Positions 13,464 to 28,991 of a stretch of DNA of 64,000 nucleotides are shown piece after piece (the stretch's first letter is position 1; the number at the start of each line of letters is the position of its first letter). The position numbers and the translations under genes are program-made. This stretch comes from Antedon mediterranea. Taxonomy: Eukaryota > Animalia > Echinodermata. Under the pieces are notes generated by a model, which was given only the letters and a program-made list of their open reading frames with translations, was not told the DNA's origin and did no database searches. Location of the stretch: assembly GCF_964355755.1 (NCBI RefSeq), contig NC_092677.1, positions 21,377,175-21,441,174 of the forward strand, given 5' to 3'.

Positions 13464-16400
13464 ATTTTGTGCATTTCGATGAAACTTGGTTACACAAAAA
13501 CATCAAAGTGCTTAAAATCACATTTTGAGCATTTCGTTAAAACTTTTCACACAAAAACATCAAAGTCCACAAAATAGCTTAATATCGTATTTAAAAACGT
13601 TTTAGACCATTTTGAGCATTTCGAAAAAACTTTTCCACAGAAAACATCAAAGTTTACAAAATAGCTTCAAATCGCATTTGGAGACGTTTTAGACCATTTT
13701 GTGATTTTCGAAAAAACTTGTTAACATAAAAACACCAAAGTGCTCAGAATACCTTCAAATCGTGTTTTGAGACGTTTTAGACCATTTTGTAATTTTCGAA
13801 AAAACTTGTTAACATAAAAACACCAAAGTGCTCAGAATACCTTCACATCGCATTTTGAGACGTTTTAGACCATTTTGTGATTTTCGAAAAAACTTGTTAA
13901 CATAAAAACACCAAAGTGCTTAGAAAAGCTTGAAATCGCATTTGGAGACGTTTTAGACCATTTTGTGCATTTCGATGAAACTTGGTTACACAAAAACATC
14001 AAAGTGCTTAAAATCACATTTTGAGCATTTCGTTAAAACTTTTCACACAAAAACATCAAAGAGTAATAAATAGCTCAATATCGTATTTAAAAACGTTTTA
14101 GACCATTTTGAGCATTTCGACAAAATTTTTTCAAACAAAACATTAAAGTGTACAGAATAGCTTTAAATCGCATTTGGAGACGTTTTAGACCATTTTGTTC
14201 ATTTCGATGAAACAAAAACACAAAAACATCAAATTGCACAAAATGGCTTAATATGATATGGGAAAACGTTTTAGACCATTTTGAACATTTCGTTAAAAGT
14301 TTTCACACAAAAATATCAAAGTCCACAAAATAGCTTAATATCGTATTTAAAAACGTTTTAGACCATTTTGAGCATTTCGAAAAAACTTTTTCACACAAAA
14401 CATCAAAGTTTACAAAATAGCTTCAAATCGCATTTGGAGACGTTTTAGACCATTTTGTGATTTTCGAAAAAACTTGTTAACATAAAAACACCAAAGTGCT
14501 CAGAATACCTTCAAATCGCATTTGGAGACGTTTTAGACCATTTTGTGATTTTCGTAAAAACTTGTTAACATAAAAACACCAAAGTGCTTAGAAAAGTTTC
14601 AAATCGCATTTGGAGACGTTTTAGACCATTTTGTTCATTTCGATGAAACTTGGTTACACAAAAACATCAAATTGCACAAAATGGCTTAATATGGTATGGG
14701 AAAACGTTTTAGACCATTTTGAACATTTCGAGAAAACTTTTTCACACAAAACTTCAAAGTGTACAGAATAGCTTCAAATCGCATTAGAAACCGTTTTAGA
14801 CCATTTTGAGCATTTCGAAAAAACTTTTTCACACAAAACATCAAAGTTTACAAAATAGCTTCAAATCACATTTGGAGACGTTTTAGACCATTTTGTGATT
14901 TTCAAAAAAACTTGTTAACATAAAAACACCAAAGTGCTCAGGATACCTTCAAATCGCATTTTGAGACGTTTTAGACCATTTTGTGATTTTCGGAAAAACT
15001 TGTTAACATAAAAACACCAAAGTGCTCAGAATACCTTCAAATCGTATTTTGAGACGTTTTAGACAATTTTGTGATTTTCGAAAAAACTTGTTAACATAAA
15101 AACACCAAAGTGCTTAGAAAAGCTTAAAAAACGCATTTGGAGACGTTTTAGACCATTTTGTGCATTTCGATGAAACTTGGTTACACAAAAACATCAAAGT
15201 GTACAGAATAGCTTCAAATCGCATTAGAAACCGTTTTAGACCATTTTGAGCATTTCGAAAAAACTTTTTCACACAAAACATCAAAGTGTACAAAATAGCT
15301 TCAAATCGCATTTGGAGACGTTTTAGACAATTTTGTGATTTTCGAAAAAACTTGTTTACATAAAAACACCAAAGTGCTCAGAATAGCTTCCAATCGCATT
15401 TTGAGACGTTTTAGACCCTTTTGTGCATTTCGATGAAACTTGGTTACACAAAAACATCAAAGTGCTTAAAATCACAGTAGAAACCGTTTTAGACCATTTT
15501 GAGCATTTCGTTAAAATTTTTCACAGAAAAACATCAAAGAGCAAAAAATAGCTTAATATCGTATTTAAAAACGTTTTAGACCATTTTGAGCATTTCGACA
15601 AAACTTTTTCACACAAAACATCAAAGTGTACAGATAAGCTTCAAATCGCATTTGGAGACGTTTTAAACCATTTTGAGCATTTCGATAAAATTTTACACAC
15701 AAAAACATCAAAGTGCACAAAATAGCTTAATATGGTATTTAAAAACGTTTTAGACCATTTTGAGCATTTCAACAAAACTTTTTCTCACAAAACATCAAGG
15801 TGTACAGAATAGCTTCAAATCGCATTTGGAGACGTTTTAGACCATTTTGTGCATTTCGATGAAACTTGGTTATACAAAAACATCAAAGTGCTTAAATTCA
15901 CATTTTGAGCATTTCGTTAAAACTTTTCACACAAAAACATCAAAGTCCACAAAATAGCTTAATATCGTATTTAAAAACGTTTTAGACCATTTTGAGAATT
16001 TCGAAAAAACTTTTTCACACAAAACATCAAAGTTTACAAAATAGCTTCAAATCGCATTTGGAGACGTTTTAGACCATTTTGTGATTTTCGAAAAAACTTG
16101 TTAACATAAAAACACCAAAGTGCTTAGAAAAGCTTCAAATCGCATTTGGAGACGTTTTAGACCATTTTTTGCATTTCGATGAAACTTGGTTACAAAAAAA
16201 CATCAAAGTGCTTAAAATCACATTTTGAGCATTTCGTTAAAACTTTTCACACAAAAACATCAAAGTCCACAAAATAGCTTAATATCGTATTTAAAAACGT
16301 TTTAGACCATTTTGAGCATTTCGAAAAAACTTTTCCACACAAAACATCAAAGTTTACAAAATAGCTTCAAATCGCATTTGGAGACGTTTTAGACCATTTT

Positions 16401-19400
16401 GTGATTTTCGAAAAAACTTGTTAACATAAAAATACCAAAGTGCTCAGAATACCTTCAAATCGCATTTGGAGACGTTTTAGACCATTTTGTGATTTTCGAA
16501 AAAACTTGTTAACATAAAAACACCAAAGTGCTTAGAAAAGCTTCAAATCGCATTTGGAGATGTTTTAGACCATTTTGTGCATTTCGATGAAACTTGGTTA
16601 CACAAAAACATCAAAGTGCTTAAAATCACATTTTGAGCATTTCGTTAAAACTTTTCACACAAAAACATCAAAGTCCACAAAATAGCTTAATATCGTATTT
16701 AAAAACGTTTTAGACCATTTTGAGCATTTCGAAAAAACTTTTCCACAGAAAACATCAAAGTTTACAAAATAGCTTCAAATCGCATTTGGAGACGTTTTAG
16801 ACCATTTTGTGATTTTCGAAAAAACTTGTTAACATAAAAACACCAAAGTGCTCAGAATACCTTCAAATCGTGTTTTGAGACGTTTTAGACCATTTTGTAA
16901 TTTTCGAAAAAACTTGTTAACATAAAAACACCAAAGTGCTCAGAATACCTTCACATCGCATTTTGAGACGTTTTAGACCATTTTGTGATTTTCGAAAAAA
17001 CTTGTTAACATAAAAACACCAAAGTGCTTAGAAAAGCTTGAAATCGCATTTGGAGACGTTTTAGACCATTTTGTGCATTTCGATGAAACTTGGTTACACA
17101 AAAACATCAAAGTGCTTAAAATCACATTTTGAGCATTTCGTTAAAACTTTTCACACAAAAACATCAAAGAGTAATAAATAGCTCAATATCGTATTTAAAA
17201 ACGTTTTAGACCATTTTGAGCATTTCGACAAAATTTTTTCAAACAAAACATTAAAGTGTACAGAATAGCTTTAAATCGCATTTGGAGACGTTTTAGACCA
17301 TTTTGTTCATTTCGATGAAACAAAAACACAAAAACATCAAATTGCACAAAATGGCTTAATATGATATGGGAAAACGTTTTAGACCATTTTGAACATTTCG
17401 TTAAAAGTTTTCACACAAAAATATCAAAGTCCACAAAATAGCTTAATATCGTATTTAAAAACGTTTTAGACCATTTTGAGCATTTCGAAAAAACTTTTTC
17501 ACACAAAACATCAAAGTTTACAAAATAGCTTCAAATCGCATTTGGAGACGTTTTAGACCATTTTGTGATTTTCGAAAAAACTTGTTAACATAAAAACACC
17601 AAAGTGCTCAGAATACCTTCAAATCGCATTTTGAGACGTTTTAGACCATTTTGTGATTTTCGAAAAAACTTGTTAACATAAAAACACCAAAGTGCTCAGA
17701 ATACCTTCAAATCGCATTTGGAGACGTTTTAGACCATTTTGTGATTTTCGTAAAAACTTGTTAACATAAAAACACCAAAGTGCTTAGAAAAGTTTCAAAT
17801 CGCATTTGGAGACGTTTTAGACCATTTTGTTCATTTCGATGAAACTTGGTTACACAAAAACATCAAATTGCACAAAATGGCTTAATATGGTATGGGAAAA
17901 CGTTTTAGACCATTTTGAACATTTCGAGAAAACTTTTTCACACAAAACTTCAAAGTGTACAGAATAGCTTCAAATCGCATTAGAAACCGTTTTAGACCAT
18001 TTTGAGCATTTCGAAAAAACTTTTTCACACAAAACATCAAAGTTTACAAAATAGCTTCAAATCACATTTGGAGACGTTTTAGACCATTTTGTGATTTTCA
18101 AAAAAACTTGTTAACATAAAAACACCAAAGTGCTCAGGATACCTTCAAATCGCATTTTGAGACGTTTTAGACCATTTTGTGATTTTCGGAAAAACTTGTT
18201 AACATAAAAACACCAAAGTGCTCAGAATACCTTCAAATCGTATTTTGAGACGTTTTAGACAATTTTGTGATTTTCGAAAAAACTTGTTAACATAAAAACA
18301 CCAAAGTGCTTAGAAAAGCTTAAAAAACGCATTTGGAGACGTTTTAGACCATTTTGTGCATTTCGATGAAACTTGGTTACACAAAAACATCAAAGTGTAC
18401 AGAATAGCTTCAAATCGCATTAGAAACCGTTTTAGACCATTTTGAGCATTTCGAAAAAACTTTTTCACACAAAACATCAAAGTGTACAAAATAGCTTCAA
18501 ATCGCATTTGGAGACGTTTTAGACAATTTTGTGATTTTCGAAAAAACTTGTTTACATAAAAACACCAAAGTGCTCAGAATAGCTTCCAATCGCATTTTGA
18601 GACGTTTTAGACCCTTTTGTGCATTTCGATGAAACTTGGTTACACAAAAACATCAAAGTGCTTAAAATCACAGTAGAAACCGTTTTAGACCATTTTGAGC
18701 ATTTCGTTAAAATTTTTCACAGAAAAACATCAAAGAGCAAAAAATAGCTTAATATCGTATTTAAAAACGTTTTAGACCATTTTGAGCATTTCGACAAAAC
18801 TTTTTCACACAAAACATCAAAGTGTACAGATAAGCTTCAAATCGCATTTGGAGACGTTTTAAACCATTTTGAGCATTTCGATAAAATTTTACACACAAAA
18901 ACATCAAAGTGCACAAAATAGCTTAATATGGTATTTAAAAACGTTTTAGACCATTTTGAGCATTTCAACAAAACTTTTTCTCACAAAACATCAAGGTGTA
19001 CAGAATAGCTTCAAATCGCATTTGGAGACGTTTTAGACCATTTTGTGCATTTCGATGAAACTTGGTTATACAAAAACATCAAAGTGCTTAAATTCACATT
19101 TTGAGCATTTCGTTAAAACTTTTCACACAAAAACATCAAAGTCCACAAAATAGCTTAATATCGTATTTAAAAACGTTTTAGACCATTTTGAGAATTTCGA
19201 AAAAACTTTTTCACACAAAACATCAAAGTTTACAAAATAGCTTCAAATCGCATTTGGAGACGTTTTAGACCATTTTGTGATTTTCGAAAAAACTTGTTAA
19301 CATAAAAACACCAAAGTGCTTAGAAAAGCTTCAAATCGCATTTGGAGACGTTTTAGACCATTTTTTGCATTTCGATGAAACTTGGTTACAAAAAAACATC

Positions 19401-22310
19401 AAAGTGCTTAAAATCACATTTTGAGCATTTCGTTAAAACTTTTCACACAAAAACATCAAAGTCCACAAAATAGCTTAATATCGTATTTAAAAACGTTTTA
19501 GACCATTTTGAGCATTTCGAAAAAACTTTTCCACACAAAACATCAAAGTTTACAAAATAGCTTCAAATCGCATTTGGAGACGTTTTAGACCATTTTGTGA
19601 TTTTCGAAAAAACTTGTTAACATAAAAATACCAAAGTGCTCAGAATACCTTCAAATCGTGTTTTGAGACGTTTTAGACCATTTTGTGATTTTCGAAAAAA
19701 CTTAACATAAAAACACCAAAGTGCTCAGAATACCTTCAAATCGCATTTGGAGACGTTTTAGACCATTTTGTGATTTTGGAAAAAACTTGTTAACATAAAA
19801 ACACCAAAGTGCTTAGAAAAGCTTCAAATCGCATTTGGAGACGTTTTAGACCCTTTTGTGCATTTCGATGAAACTTGGTTACACAAAAACATCAAAGTGC
19901 TTAAAATCACAGTAGAAACCGTTTTAGACCATTTTGAGCATTTCGTTAAAATTTTTCACAGAAAAACATCAAAGAGCAAAAAATAGCTTAATATCGTATT
20001 TAAAAACGTTTTAGACCATTTTGAGCATTTCGACAAAACTTTTTCACACAAAACATCAAAGTGTACAGATAAGCTTCAAATCGCATTTGGAGACGTTTTA
20101 AACCATTTTGAGCATTTCGATAAAATTTTACACACAAAAACATCAAAGTGCAAAAAATAGCTTAATATGGTATTTAAAAACGTTTTAGACCATTTTGAGC
20201 ATTTCAACAAAACTTTTTCTCACAAAACATCAAAGTGTACAGAATAGCTTCAAATCGCATTTGGAGACGTTTTAGACCATTTTGTGCATTTCGATGAAAC
20301 TTGGTTACACAAAAACATCAAAGTGCTTAAAATCACATTTTGAGCATTTCGTTAAAACTTTTCACACAAAAACATCAAAGTCCACAAAATAGCTTAATAT
20401 CTTATTTAAAAACGTTTTAGACCATTTTGAGCATTTCGAAAAAACTTTTTCACACAAAACATCAAAGTTTACAAAATAGCTTCAAATCGCATTTGGAGAC
20501 GTTTTAGACCATTTTGTGATTTTCGAAAAAACTTGTTAACATAAAAACACCAAAGTGCTCAGAATACCTTCAAATCGCATTTGGAGACGTTTTAGACCAT
20601 TTTGTGATTTTCGAAAAAACTTGTTAACATAAAAACACCAAAGTGCTTAGAAAAGCTTCAAATCGCATTTGGAGACGTTTTAGACCATTTTTTGCATTTC
20701 GATGAAACTTGGTTACACAAAAACATCAAAGTGCTTAAAATCACATTTTGAGCATTTCGTTAAAACTTTTCACACAAAAACATCAAAGTCCACAAAATAG
20801 CTTAATATCGTATTTAAAAACGTTTTAGACCATTTTGAGCATTTCGAAAAAACTTTTCCACACAAAACATCAAAGTTTACAAAATAGCTTCAAATCGCAT
20901 TTGGAGACGTTTTAGACCATTTTGTGATTTTCGAAAAAACTTGTTAACATAAAAACACCAAAGTGCTCAGAATACCTTCAAATCGCATTTGGAGACGTTT
21001 TAGACCATTTTGTGATTTTCGAAAAAACTTGTTAACATAAAAACACCAAAGTGCTTAGAAAAGCTTCAAATCGCATTTGGAGACGTTTTAGACCATTTTT
21101 TGCATTTCGATGAAACTTGGTTACACAAAAACATCAAAGTGCTTAAAATCACATTTTGAGCATTTCGTTAAAACTTTTCACACAAAAACATCAAAGTCCA
21201 CAAAATAGCTTAATATCGTATTTAAAAACGTTTTAGACCATTTTGAGCATTTCGAAAAAACTTTTCCACACAAAACATCAAAGTTTACAAAATAGCTTCA
21301 AATCGCATTTGGAGACGTTTTAGACCATTTTGTGATTTTCGAAAAAACTTGTTAACATAAAAACACCAAAGTGCTCAGAATACCTTCAAATCGTGTTTTG
21401 AGACGTTTTAGACCATTTTGTAATTTTCGAAAAAACTTGTTAACATAAAAACACCAAAGTGCTCAGAATACCTTCACATCGCATTTTGAGACGTTTTAGA
21501 CCATTTTGTGATTTTCGAAAAAACTTGTTAACATAAAAACACCAAAGTGCTTAGAAAAGCTTGAAATCGCATTTGGAGACGTTTTAGACCATTTTGTGCA
21601 TTTCGATGAAACTTGGTTACACAAAAACATCAAAGTGCTTAAAATCACATTAGAAACCGTTTTAGACCATTTTGAGCATTTCGTTAAAACTTTTCACACA
21701 AAAACATCAAAGTCCACAAAATAGCTTAATATCGTATTTAAAAACGTTTTAGACCATTTTGAGCATTTCGAAAAAACTTTTCCACACAAAACATCAAAGT
21801 TTACAAAATAGCTTCAAATCGCATTTGGAGACGTTTTAGACCATTTTGTGATTTTCGAAAAAACTTGTTAACATAAAAACACCAAAGTGCTCAGAATACC
21901 TTCAAATCGTATTTTGAGACGTTTTAGACAATTTTGTGATTTTCAAAAAAACTTGTTAACATAAAAACACCAAAGTGCTTAGAAAAGCTTCATATCGCAT
22001 TTGGAGACGTTTTAGACCATTTTGTGCATTTCGATGAAACTTGGTTACACAAAAACATCAAAGTGCTTAAAATCACATTTTGAGCATTTCGTTAAAACTT
22101 TTCACACAAAAACATCAAAGAGCAAAAAATAGCTTAATATCGTATTTAAAAACGTTTTAGACCATTTTGAGCATTTCGACAAAACTTTTTCACACAAAAC
22201 ATCAAAGTGTACAAAATAGCTTCAAATCGCATTTGGAGACGTTTTAGACAATTTTGTGATTTTCGAAAAAACTTGTTTACATAAAAACACCAAAGTGCTA
22301 AGAATAGCTT
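13464..22310 (+). repeat. Second copy of the block starting at position 1 (offset 13463 bp, then 10719 bp because it lacks the 2744-bp duplication)
   Basis: ORFs 1651/15114 and 4847/18310 are both offset by 13463; 10921 aligns with 21640 (offset 10719 = 13463 - 2744). Confidence 0.87.
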
Positions 22311-25300
22311 CAAATCGCATTTGGAGACGTTTTAGACCCTTTTGTGCATTTCGATGAAACTTGGTTACACAAAAACATCAAAGTGCTTAAAATCACATTT
22401 TGAGCATTTCGTTAAAACTTTTCACACAAAAACATCAAAGTCCACAAAATAGCTTAATATCTTATTTAAAAACGTTTTAGACCATTTTGAGCATTTCGAA
22501 AAAACTTTTTCACACAAAACATCAAAGTTTACAAAATAGCTTCAAATCGCATTTGGAGACGTTTTAGACCATTTTGTGATTTTCGAAAAAACTTGTTAAC
22601 ATAAAAACACCAAAGTGCTCAGAATACCTTCAAATCGCATTTGGAGACGTTTTAGACCATTTTGTGATTTTCGAAAAAACTTGTTAACATAAAAACACCA
22701 AAGTGCTTAGAAAAGCTTCAAATCGCATTTGGAGACGTTTTAGACCATTTTTTGCATTTCGATGAAACTTGGTTACACAAAAACATCAAAGTGCTTAAAA
22801 TCACATTTTGAGCATTTCGTTAAAACTTTTCACACAAAAACATCAAAGTCCACAAAATAGCTTAATATCGTATTTAAAAACGTTTTAGACCATTTTGAGC
22901 ATTTCGAAAAAACTTTTCCACACAAAACATCAAAGTTTACAAAATAGCTTCAAATCGCATTTGGAGACGTTTTAGACCATTTTGTGATTTTCGAAAAAAC
23001 TTGTTAACATAAAAACACCAAAGTGCTCAGAATACCTTCAAATCGCATTTGGAGACGTTTTAGACCATTTTGTGATTTTCGAAAAAACTTGTTAACATAA
23101 AAACACCAAAGTGCTTAGAAAAGCTTCAAATCGCATTTGGAGACGTTTTAGACCATTTTTTGCATTTCGATGAAACTTGGTTACACAAAAACATCAAAGT
23201 GCTTAAAATCACATTTTGAGCATTTCGTTAAAACTTTTCACACAAAAACATCAAAGTCCACAAAATAGCTTAATATCGTATTTAAAAACGTTTTAGACCA
23301 TTTTGAGCATTTCGAAAAAACTTTTCCACACAAAACATCAAAGTTTACAAAATAGCTTCAAATCGCATTTGGAGACGTTTTAGACCATTTTGTGATTTTC
23401 GAAAAAACTTGTTAACATAAAAACACCAAAGTGCTCAGAATACCTTCAAATCGTGTTTTGAGACGTTTTAGACCATTTTGTAATTTTCGAAAAAACTTGT
23501 TAACATAAAAACACCAAAGTGCTCAGAATACCTTCACATCGCATTTTGAGACGTTTTAGACCATTTTGTGATTTTCGAAAAAACTTGTTAACATAAAAAC
23601 ACCAAAGTGCTTAGAAAAGCTTGAAATCGCATTTGGAGACGTTTTAGACCATTTTGTGCATTTCGATGAAACTTGGTTACACAAAAACATCAAAGTGCTT
23701 AAAATCACATTAGAAACCGTTTTAGACCATTTTGAGCATTTCGTTAAAACTTTTCACACAAAAACATCAAAGTCCACAAAATAGCTTAATATCGTATTTA
23801 AAAACGTTTTAGACCATTTTGAGCATTTCGAAAAAACTTTTCCACACAAAACATCAAAGTTTACAAAATAGCTTCAAATCGCATTTGGAGACGTTTTAGA
23901 CCATTATGTGATTTTCGAAAAAACTTGTTAACATAAAAACACCAAAGTGCTCAGAATACCTTCAAATCGTATTTTGAGACGTTTTAGACAATTTTGTGAT
24001 TTTCAAAAAAACTTGTTAACATAAAAACACCAAAGTGCTTAGAAAAGCTTCATATCGCATTTGGAGACGTTTTAGACCATTTTGTGCATTTCGATGAAAC
24101 TTGGTTACACAAAAACATCAAAGTGCTTAAAATCACATTTTGAGCATTTCGTTAAAACTTTTCACACAAAAACATCAAAGAGCAAAAAATAGCTTAATAT
24201 CGTATTTAAAAACGTTTTAGACCATTTTGAGCATTTCGACAAAACTTTTTCACACAAAACATCAAAGTGTACAAAATAGCTTCAAATCGCATTTGGAGAC
24301 GTTTTAGACAATTTTGTGATTTTCGAAAAAACTTGTTTACATAAAAACACCAAAGTGCTAAGAATAGCTTCAAATCGCATTTGGAGACGTTTTAGACCCT
24401 TTTGTGCATTTCGATGAAACTTGGTTACACAAAAACATCAAAGTGCTTAAAATCACATTTTGAGCATTTCGTTAAAACTTTTCACACAAAAACATCAAAG
24501 TCCACAAAATAGCTTAATATCTTATTTAAAAACGTTTTAGACCATTTTGAGCATTTCGAAAAAACTTTTTCACACAAAACATCAAAGTTTACAAAATAGC
24601 TTCAAATCGCATTTGGAGACGTTTTAGACCATTTTGTGATTTTCGAAAAAACTTGTTAACATAAAAACACCAAAGTGCTCAGAATACCTTCAAATCGCAT
24701 TTGGAGACGTTTTAGACCATTTTGTGATTTTCGAAAAAACTTGTTAACATAAAAACACCAAAGTGCTTAGAAAAGCTTCAAATCGCATTTGGAGACGTTT
24801 TAGACCATTTTTTGCATTTCGATGAAACTTGGTTACACAAAAACATCAAAGTGCTTAAAATCACATTTTGAGCATTTCGTTAAAACTTTTCACACAAAAA
24901 CATCAAAGTCCACAAAATAGCTTAATATCGTATTTAAAAACGTTTTAGACCATTTTGAGCATTTCGAAAAAACTTTTCCACACAAAACATCAAAGTTTAC
25001 AAAATAGCTTCAAATCGCATTTGGAGACGTTTTAGACCATTTTGTGATTTTCGAAAAAACTTGTTAACATAAAAACACCAAAGTGCTCAGAATACCTTCA
25101 AATCGCATTTGGAGACGTTTTAGACCATTTTGTGATTTTCGAAAAAACTTGTTAACATAAAAACACCAAAGTGCTTAGAAAAGCTTCAAATCGCATTTGG
25201 AGACGTTTTAGACCATTTTTTGCATTTCGATGAAACTTGGTTACACAAAAACATCAAAGTGCTTAAAATCACATTTTGAGCATTTCGTTAAAACTTTTCA

Positions 25301-26518
25301 CACAAAAACATCAAAGTCCACAAAATAGCTTAATATCGTATTTAAAAACGTTTTAGACCATTTTGAGCATTTCGAAAAAACTTTTCCACACAAAACATCA
25401 AAGTTTACAAAATAGCTTCAAATCGCATTTGGAGACGTTTTAGACCATTTTGTGATTTTCGAAAAAACTTGTTAACATAAAAACACCAAAGTGCTCAGAA
25501 TACCTTCAAATCGTGTTTTGAGACGTTTTAGACCATTTTGTAATTTTCGAAAAAACTTGTTAACATAAAAACACCAAAGTGCTCAGAATACCTTCACATC
25601 GCATTTTGAGACGTTTTAGACCATTTTGTGATTTTCGAAAAAACTTGTTAACATAAAAACACCAAAGTGCTTAGAAAAGCTTGAAATCGCATTTGGAGAC
25701 GTTTTAGACCATTTTGTGCATTTCGATGAAACTTGGTTACACAAAAACATCAAAGTGCTTAAAATCACATTAGAAACCGTTTTAGACCATTTTGAGCATT
25801 TCGTTAAAACTTTTCACACAAAAACATCAAAGTCCACAAAATAGCTTAATATCGTATTTAAAAACGTTTTAGACCATTTTGAGCATTTCGAAAAAACTTT
25901 TCCACACAAAACATCAAAGTTTACAAAATAGCTTCAAATCGCATTTGGAGACGTTTTAGACCATTTTGTGATTTTCGAAAAAACTTGTTAACATAAAAAC
26001 ACCAAAGTGCTCAGAATACCTTCAAATCGTATTTTGAGACGTTTTAGACAATTTTGTGATTTTCAAAAAAACTTGTTAACATAAAAACACCAAAGTGCTT
26101 AGAAAAGCTTCATATCGCATTTGGAGACGTTTTAGACCATTTTGTGCATTTCGATGAAACTTGGTTACACAAAAACATCAAAGTGCTTAAAATCACATTT
26201 TGAGCATTTCGTTAAAACTTTTCACACAAAAACATCAAAGAGCAAAAAATAGCTTAATATCGTATTTAAAAACGTTTTAGACCATTTTGAGCATTTCGAC
26301 AAAACTTTTTCACACAAAACATCAAAGTGTACAAAATAGCTTCAAATCGCATTTGGAGACGTTTTAGACAATTTTGTGATTTTCGAAAAAACTTGTTTAC
26401 ATAAAAACACCAAAGTGCTAAGAATAGCTTCCAATCGCATTTGGAGACGTTTTAGACCCTTTTGTGCATTTCGATGAAACTTGGTTACACAAAAACATCA
26501 AAGTGCTTAAAATCACAT
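20280..26518 (+). repeat. 2060-bp HOR x3 (first triplet)
   Basis: Marker cttattt at 20401, 22461 and 24521. Confidence 0.9.
20677..21084 (+). repeat. Basic 408-bp pentameric HOR (B-deleted 58 + C 87 + D 87 + A 88 + A' 88)
   Basis: Marker ccattttttgcatttcg recurs 408 bp apart (tgc at 20693/21101 and 9974/10382); the monomer lengths sum to 408. Confidence 0.9.
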
Positions 26519-28991
26519 TAGAAACCGTTTTAGAACATTTTGAGCATTTCGTTAAAATTTTTCACAGAAAAACATCAAAGAGCAAAAAATAGCTTAATAT
26601 CGTATTTAAAAACGTTTTAGACCATTTTGAGCATTTCGACAAAACTTTTTCACACAAAACAACAAAGTGTACAGAATAGCTTATAATCGCATTTGGAGAC
26701 GTTTTAACCCATTTTGAGCATTTCGATAAAATTTTACACACAAAAACATCAAAGTGCACAAAATAGCTTAATATGGTATTTAAAAACGTTTTAGACCATT
26801 TTGTGATTTTCAAAAAAACTTGTTAACATAAAAACACCAAAGTGCTCAGGATACCTTCAAATCGCATTTTGAGACGTTTTAGACCATTTTGTGATTTTCG
26901 GAAAAACTTGTTAACATAAAAACACCAAAGTGCTCAGAATACCTTCAAATCGTATTTTGAGACGTTTTAGACAATTTTGTGATTTTCGAAAAAACTTGTT
27001 AACATAAAAACACCAAAGTGCTTAGAAAAGCTTAAAAAACGCATTTGGAGACGTTTTAGACCATTTTGTGCATTTCGATGAAACTTGGTTACACAAAAAC
27101 ATCAAAGTGTACAGAATAGCTTCAAATCGCATTAGAAACCGTTTTAGACCATTTTGAGCATTTCGAAAAAACTTTTTCACACAAAACATCAAAGTGTACA
27201 AAATAGCTTCAAATCGCATTTGGAGACGTTTTAGACAATTTTGTGATTTTCGAAAAAACTTGTTTACATAAAAACACCAAAGTGCTCAGAATAGCTTCCA
27301 ATCGCATTTTGAGACGTTTTAGACCCTTTTGTGCATTTCGATGAAACTTGGTTACACAAAAACATCAAAGTGCTTAAAATCACAGTAGAAACCGTTTTAG
27401 ACCATTTTGAGCATTTCGTTAAAATTTTTCACAGAAAAACATCAAAGAGCAAAAAATAGCTTAATATCGTATTTAAAAACGTTTTAGACCATTTTGAGCA
27501 TTTCGACAAAACTTTTTCACACAAAACATCAAAGTGTACAGATAAGCTTCAAATCGCATTTGGAGACGTTTTAAACCATTTTGAGCATTTCGATAAAATT
27601 TTACACACAAAAACATCAAAGTGCACAAAATAGCTTAATATGGTATTTAAAAACGTTTTAGACCATTTTGAGCATTTCAACAAAACTTTTTCTCACAAAA
27701 CATCAAGGTGTACAGAATAGCTTCAAATCGCATTTGGAGACGTTTTAGACCATTTTGTGCATTTCGATGAAACTTGGTTATACAAAAACATCAAAGTGCT
27801 TAAATTCACATTTTGAGCATTTCGTTAAAACTTTTCACACAAAAACATCAAAGTCCACAAAATAGCTTAATATCGTATTTAAAAACGTTTTAGACCATTT
27901 TGAGAATTTCGAAAAAACTTTTTCACACAAAACATCAAAGTTTACAAAATAGCTTCAAATCGCATTTGGAGACGTTTTAGACCATTTTGTGATTTTCGAA
28001 AAAACTTGTTAACATAAAAACACCAAAGTGCTTAGAAAAGCTTCAAATCGCATTTGGAGACGTTTTAGACCATTTTTTGCATTTCGATGAAACTTGGTTA
28101 CAAAAAAACATCAAAGTGCTTAAAATCACATTTTGAGCATTTCGTTAAAACTTTTCACACAAAAACATCAAAGTCCACAAAATAGCTTAATATCGTATTT
28201 AAAAACGTTTTAGACCATTTTGAGCATTTCGAAAAAACTTTTCCACACAAAACATCAAAGTTTACAAAATAGCTTCAAATCGCATTTGGAGACGTTTTAG
28301 ACCATTTTGTGATTTTCGAAAAAACTTGTTAACATAAAAATACCAAAGTGCTCAGAATACCTTCAAATCGTGTTTTGAGACGTTTTAGACCATTTTGTGA
28401 TTTTCGAAAAAACTTAACATAAAAACACCAAAGTGCTCAGAATACCTTCAAATCGCATTTGGAGACGTTTTAGACCATTTTGTGATTTTGGAAAAAACTT
28501 GTTAACATAAAAACACCAAAGTGCTTAGAAAAGCTTCAAATCGCATTTGGAGACGTTTTAGACCCTTTTGTGCATTTCGATGAAACTTGGTTACACAAAA
28601 ACATCAAAGTGCTTAAAATCACAGTAGAAACCGTTTTAGACCATTTTGAGCATTTCGTTAAAATTTTTCACAGAAAAACATCAAAGAGCAAAAAATAGCT
28701 TAATATCGTATTTAAAAACGTTTTAGACCATTTTGAGCATTTCGACAAAACTTTTTCACACAAAACATCAAAGTGTACAGATAAGCTTCAAATCGCATTT
28801 GGAGACGTTTTAAACCATTTTGAGCATTTCGATAAAATTTTACACACAAAAACATCAAAGTGCACAAAATAGCTTAATATGGTATTTAAAAACGTTTTAG
28901 ACCATTTTGAGCATTTCAACAAAACTTTTTCTCACAAAACATCAAAGTGTACAGAATAGCTTCAAATCGCATTTGGAGACGTTTTAGACCA

